This document shows, piece after piece, positions 60,014 through 64,000 of a DNA stretch of 64,000 nucleotides. Each line of letters starts with the position of its first letter. Position 1 is the stretch's first letter. The stretch spans positions 64,001-128,000 of the forward strand of contig JAHKLY010000001.1 of NCBI GenBank assembly GCA_020854825.1. The letters are read 5' to 3'. The DNA is from Candidatus Micrarchaeota archaeon. GTDB lineage: Archaea > Micrarchaeota > Micrarchaeia > Anstonellales > JAHKLY01. A model generated the notes under the pieces. The model did no database searches. It was not told the origin of the DNA and saw nothing but the letters and a program-made list of their open reading frames with translations. The position numbers and the translations under genes are program-made.

Positions 60014-62269
60014 CTAGCGTTTAATTCCTCTTGAAGTTAAATCTTCTTCTATTAGTTCATTAAATTTATTTTTCCATAATGGAACTAAGGTAGAATAATT
60101 AATTTCCCCAATTTTTCCTTCCTCTTCTTTTAGAAGATTATTAGCAAGAGCATTTGTTTTTAATACAAAATCAATTTCTAATAATTGAGGATCATTATAT
60201 TTTTTACTAATTTCGTATATATCTGAATACATTTTACCTTTAAAAAAAGCCTGCATAATACATTGTTCTGGACTCAATCCACTTTCAATACTTCTTCTTT
60301 GAAGTGTTGGAGGAACAAAAAGAATTTTAAGGTTTTTTTCAAGTTTAACTAAATCTAAATCTTTTAAACTCCATGAACTAGCTTCGGGATTTCCAATAAA
60401 ATTACATTTTAATCTACATTCATCAATAGTTTCTCCTTTATTAAAAGAGAAAACTTCAATAAATTTGTGTTCTATAGGATCAACTTCAAATTGTTCTCCA
60501 ATTATCCTATATACTCTGCTTTTTCTTCCAAATCTTAATTTTTTAAGAATAGTATATCTATCTGTTGAAAACATAGATGCAGAAGGCATTCCAAATACCA
60601 ATTCTAATCTATCTTGTACATCCTGTAATGATTCTGCATGAAGATTATATAATAAGAAAACACCTGGTTGAGTATTTAATAAATTAATAACTCCTTGGAT
60701 TGCTAGTCTTGATCTAATTTCATTAATGATAACACAAGCATCACCCATTCTCAAAGAAACATTAGCCATAGTGACTAAATCCAATTCTGTTTTTGACATT
60801 TCTTCTTTTTCTGAGGACTGCACTCTCACAGATCCAATATGAAACCCTCTTTTCCTGTAAGCAGCAACAGGAATTTCTTCAATATCCTGTATAGGCAAAA
60901 TTCTTCTTTTTGTTCCTATTGCAGATATTTTTGCACTAACAAAAGAAGTTTTACCAGAAGCTTTCAATCCCATAACTGCTTCTGAAGATCCAGTAGAAAC
61001 CATAAAATCATCATATCCTGCAAAAAATGGAGATATTGAATTATAACTAAGATATAATGGATAGGTAAATGGTTGAGTTCTCATGAGTCTAAGTGCAGCT
61101 TGTAGATCACCAAACGTTGCAGGGGGTCTTTGTAAATGACATCTCATATTTAATCTAGGAACAACTACATCAATAACTGGATTATGTTTATCAAATTTTC
61201 TTGAATGGCCTGATTCAAAAATAATATCTAAGAATGCTTTTTCCAACATTTCTTCGTTATATCTCCATAATGTATGACATATTCCATATTTTTGGTGTTC
61301 TATATATATGGGAGAATTTTGGCTATCTATGTAAATATCGGTTATATCTTTATCTAAGCTTAGATTTTCAATAGGCCCACCTAATCCAATTAACCAATTT
61401 GTAGCTTCTCTTCCCATCGCAGTTGCTTCTTCGTTAGTTATTTGTTTATTTTGTGTCATCGCTTCATCTAAAAATTCAGTTCTAAATTTTCTAACATATT
61501 CTTCATGAATTGTTCTCAAATCTCCCTCTGGAATTAATTCACGCATTTTACTTGTAATTTTTTCAGTTAACATTTTTTTTAAATTTTTATCTAATTTTTC
61601 TATTCTGGGATTTGATTGATAATATATTTTTGTTTCGGTTCCAGGCGTAATATATATTTCAGCCTTTATCCCAAAGTTCAAGTCATACGTTTCTTCTAAT
61701 TTTGAATTTTTTGGAATTGGCATGCTAGATGTAGATAAATATTCAAATGTGTTTAAATTTGTTAAGGACATAAATGCATTTTGTAATCCTTGGTGTTTTT
61801 CACATAATAGATACAATTTTGAGGATTTAAAATTTTTTAAAATCTCCTTGATTTTTTGAGTATATATTTGATGTCCTGCAACAAACATTTGTCTTTTAGG
61901 GTATCCTTCTTCATATTCCTCTAGTGTTCTTATGGCTATTAATGGATCCATAAGTGTTTCTTCATAAAAACGTCTAAGTAGGTCTCTTCTATTATAATAA
62001 TTATCATCTTCTTTCATCCCGTATATATCTTGGTTTATAAGTATTTTTTCAAGTTCTCTTATTAATTCAACATATTCATTCAGTATTTTTGTTTCTGTTT
62101 CTTTTAATTCAACTAATACTTCTTCTTCATATCTATGGGTTTTAGGTCTATTTTCTAATCCAGAAATAGCTTTAAGATGGCTATTTAAACAGTTTGGTGT
62201 ACCTAATCCTAGGGTACATCTCACACAATCCATAACTGCCTTATTACCTTCAAAAGTAATTATACACAT
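60014..62269 (-). CDS. VirB11/TadA/FlaI-like secretion ATPase, divergent
   Basis: ITDIYID, Walker A GLKASGKTS, IQDIEEI, LRMGD..VIINEIR, LHA; GGTGA RBS before ATG 62269. Confidence 0.8.
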   Translation of the reverse strand: MCIITFEGNKAVMDCVRCTLGLGTPNCLNSHLKAISGLENRPKTHRYEEEVLVELKETETKILNEYVELIRELEKILINQDIYGMKEDDNYYNRRDLLRRFYEETLMDPLIAIRTLEEYEEGYPKRQMFVAGHQIYTQKIKEILKNFKSSKLYLLCEKHQGLQNAFMSLTNLNTFEYLSTSSMPIPKNSKLEETYDLNFGIKAEIYITPGTETKIYYQSNPRIEKLDKNLKKMLTEKITSKMRELIPEGDLRTIHEEYVRKFRTEFLDEAMTQNKQITNEEATAMGREATNWLIGLGGPIENLSLDKDITDIYIDSQNSPIYIEHQKYGICHTLWRYNEEMLEKAFLDIIFESGHSRKFDKHNPVIDVVVPRLNMRCHLQRPPATFGDLQAALRLMRTQPFTYPLYLSYNSISPFFAGYDDFMVSTGSSEAVMGLKASGKTSFVSAKISAIGTKRRILPIQDIEEIPVAAYRKRGFHIGSVRVQSSEKEEMSKTELDLVTMANVSLRMGDACVIINEIRSRLAIQGVINLLNTQPGVFLLYNLHAESLQDVQDRLELVFGMPSASMFSTDRYTILKKLRFGRKSRVYRIIGEQFEVDPIEHKFIEVFSFNKGETIDECRLKCNFIGNPEASSWSLKDLDLVKLEKNLKILFVPPTLQRRSIESGLSPEQCIMQAFFKGKMYSDIYEISKKYNDPQLLEIDFVLKTNALANNLLKEEEGKIGEINYSTLVPLWKNKFNELIEEDLTSRGIKR

Positions 62270-62321
62270 AAATACAATCACCACAATAGAGTTTTTATAT
62301 TTAACGTTGCTAAATATAAGT

Positions 62322-62732
62322 ATGGGAATTATAGATACAATAAAAAATTTAGGCAAACAAAAAGAAAATTCGTCAAAACTAATGACAATATCAACACAAT
62401 TTCAACCTTATAGGTTAAATGCACACAAGAATGAATCTATTGATCTGCTAGTTACAGTTAAAAATAATGATTCTAAAGTAAATATGATTTCAGTTGTTGC
62501 AAAATGTCCAGATAAAATAGGATTTGGATCTCCGGGGATAAATAAGACAGAACAAAAAAAACTAGGTGATTTTCAACCAGGAGAAGAAAAAACAGTAATA
62601 TTTAAAGTTCAAGGCAATAGTAATACATTACCAAATGATTATCCGATTGCACTTTTTGTGTATTCTCATTTTAGAGATTATGATCATGTTGAAAATGCAA
62701 TACGGAAATTAATTACTCTAAGGGCAGTATAA
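62322..62732 (+). CDS. Hypothetical Ig-like-fold protein
   Basis: VTVKN, LGDFQPGEEKTV.F pattern. Confidence 0.6.
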   Translation: MGIIDTIKNLGKQKENSSKLMTISTQFQPYRLNAHKNESIDLLVTVKNNDSKVNMISVVAKCPDKIGFGSPGINKTEQKKLGDFQPGEEKTVIFKVQGNSNTLPNDYPIALFVYSHFRDYDHVENAIRKLITLRAV

Positions 62733-63024
62733 TTTCATTATTTTCTGATATTTTACATTTCTTTATTGTTTCTTCAAGTAAATTAGCTATTTCCAAACCT
62801 TTTTTTGTTGGTATTATTTTTTTCATTCTTCCTTCTTCTATTACTTTAACAACCTTTTCTTTTGTTAGGATATTTAATATTTGTTTTGTATATACATACG
62901 TAGAACCACTTTCTTTTGCGAGTTTAGAAATATACCATTCAGTATCTTCTTCCTTTAAAGCAATAAGCATTTTTACAGTTTTAATATGTAAAAAAACTTC
63001 TGTTAATTCTTGTTTTATTTTCAT
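62713..63024 (-). CDS. Winged-helix DNA-binding protein
   Basis: YISKLAK.SG.TY.Y....L, GR.K....T.KG. Confidence 0.8.
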   Translation of the reverse strand: MKIKQELTEVFLHIKTVKMLIALKEEDTEWYISKLAKESGSTYVYTKQILNILTKEKVVKVIEEGRMKKIIPTKKGLEIANLLEETIKKCKISENNEIILPLE

Positions 63025-63029
63025 TTTTA

Positions 63030-63680
63030 TTACCTCACAATTTTGAAGTTTATTATTTTTTCTTTGTTGTTTATATTATATTGATTTATAAGATCTATTA
63101 ATCCAGGAATATGTCCCGCACCAAAAACACCCACTATCTTTAAATAATTGCAAGAAATTAGTTTATCAAAAATAAATTGATTTCTTTCTTCTAATAAAAA
63201 TTGATATGTTTTAGGATATTTAATTTTAATTTGTTCTAATATTGGTCTTAATTTATCTGGATCAGTTAATTTATCAATAGAATTTATTCCGTTTATTTTC
63301 ACAGGTGCAAACATTTTTATTTTTTCTCTAAATGGGATTTTTTTCATATTTTCAATTGTTTTAGATATAGGCATATCTGCTAGTAAGATAGGAATTTTAT
63401 GTTTTCCAGACTCAACCAATGCAGTTTTCATTTCTTCTCCAGGTTTAGATTTAAATATTAATCCTATTATTTGTTGTGCAGAATACATAAATAAAAAACC
63501 AGGATTTTTTAATAATACCAATAAATTCGGTTTTTTATTTTGTAATAATCCAATTGCTCTTTGTTTATCCAATTCAACAGCAATTATATCTGGTTTTTCT
63601 AAATTTATAGTGTCTATCACTTGCTGAATACTTTTTTTAGAAATATGTGCAGTAGGTATAAGTATTAGTTCCATATACAT
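63030..63680 (-). CDS. TraB/PrgY/GumN family protein
   Basis: TAHIS, PD.IAVELD..R, PG.EM, ERN, V.GAGH..G. Confidence 0.9.
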   Translation of the reverse strand: MYMELILIPTAHISKKSIQQVIDTINLEKPDIIAVELDKQRAIGLLQNKKPNLLVLLKNPGFLFMYSAQQIIGLIFKSKPGEEMKTALVESGKHKIPILLADMPISKTIENMKKIPFREKIKMFAPVKINGINSIDKLTDPDKLRPILEQIKIKYPKTYQFLLEERNQFIFDKLISCNYLKIVGVFGAGHIPGLIDLINQYNINNKEKIINFKIVR

Positions 63681-63736
63681 TTATTTAATTACAACATATA
63701 TAAATTAATTAGGTTTAAAAAATAAAAAAAAAAGAA

Positions 63737-63952
63737 TTAATCTATTAAAAGGTCATTCAGATCAAATGCGGTTTTTTTAACTGAATTAGATGTGTTTATA
63801 GTTAAAATTATATTTCCTATTTCAAATAAATGTATTTCGTTTTTTTCTATATTTGGAAATTGAGGCACCTTAGTTCCTTTTACTGTAGTTTCTAAAACTT
63901 GTCCAATACAAGTAGGTACAGAACCATTTTGGGTAATTTTTTCCTGCATCAA
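63737..63952 (-). CDS. Short hypothetical ORF
   Basis: 71-aa ORF only; start uncertain. Confidence 0.3.
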   Translation of the reverse strand: MMQEKITQNGSVPTCIGQVLETTVKGTKVPQFPNIEKNEIHLFEIGNIILTINTSNSVKKTAFDLNDLLID

Positions 63953-64000
63953 AAATGATTCATCTCTTAGTTTGAGTATTTTATAGTATGTATCTCCTTT

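Noticed and set aside
63030-63680. TraB as evidence of conjugation
   Set aside because: TraB/PrgY/GumN proteins are widespread chromosomal metalloprotease-like proteins in archaea, not transfer-apparatus components

Overview
Very AT-rich archaeal chromosomal segment. Gene content (PolB, TBP, Rpo4/Rpo7/Spt4, Orc1/Cdc6, SepF, eL21, eS26, DRG, archaeal PheRS) and tight packing suggest a DPANN archaeon, probably Micrarchaeota; this placement is inference. Most of the window is housekeeping. The main candidate for an undescribed system is a ~16.4-kb operon (13389-29769) with six tandem paralogous multi-pass membrane proteins (CedA/VirB6-like motif layout), a 1640-aa Cys-rich surface lipoprotein and a 1396-aa single-pass coiled-coil protein, plausibly a host-contact or trans-envelope channel. 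Also notable: a tRNA-Arg(UCG) with two non-canonical BHB-type introns, a TBP gene whose two halves share 101/102 identical nucleotides, a frameshifted bacterial-type murein L,D-transpeptidase, a two-Fic island with direct-repeat operators, a structured GC-rich candidate RNA before rtcA, an orphan Cas2-like gene between imperfect inverted repeats, an orphan VirB11/TadA-like ATPase and a compositionally mosaic cysS. All family calls come from motif recognition by eye; no searches were run.
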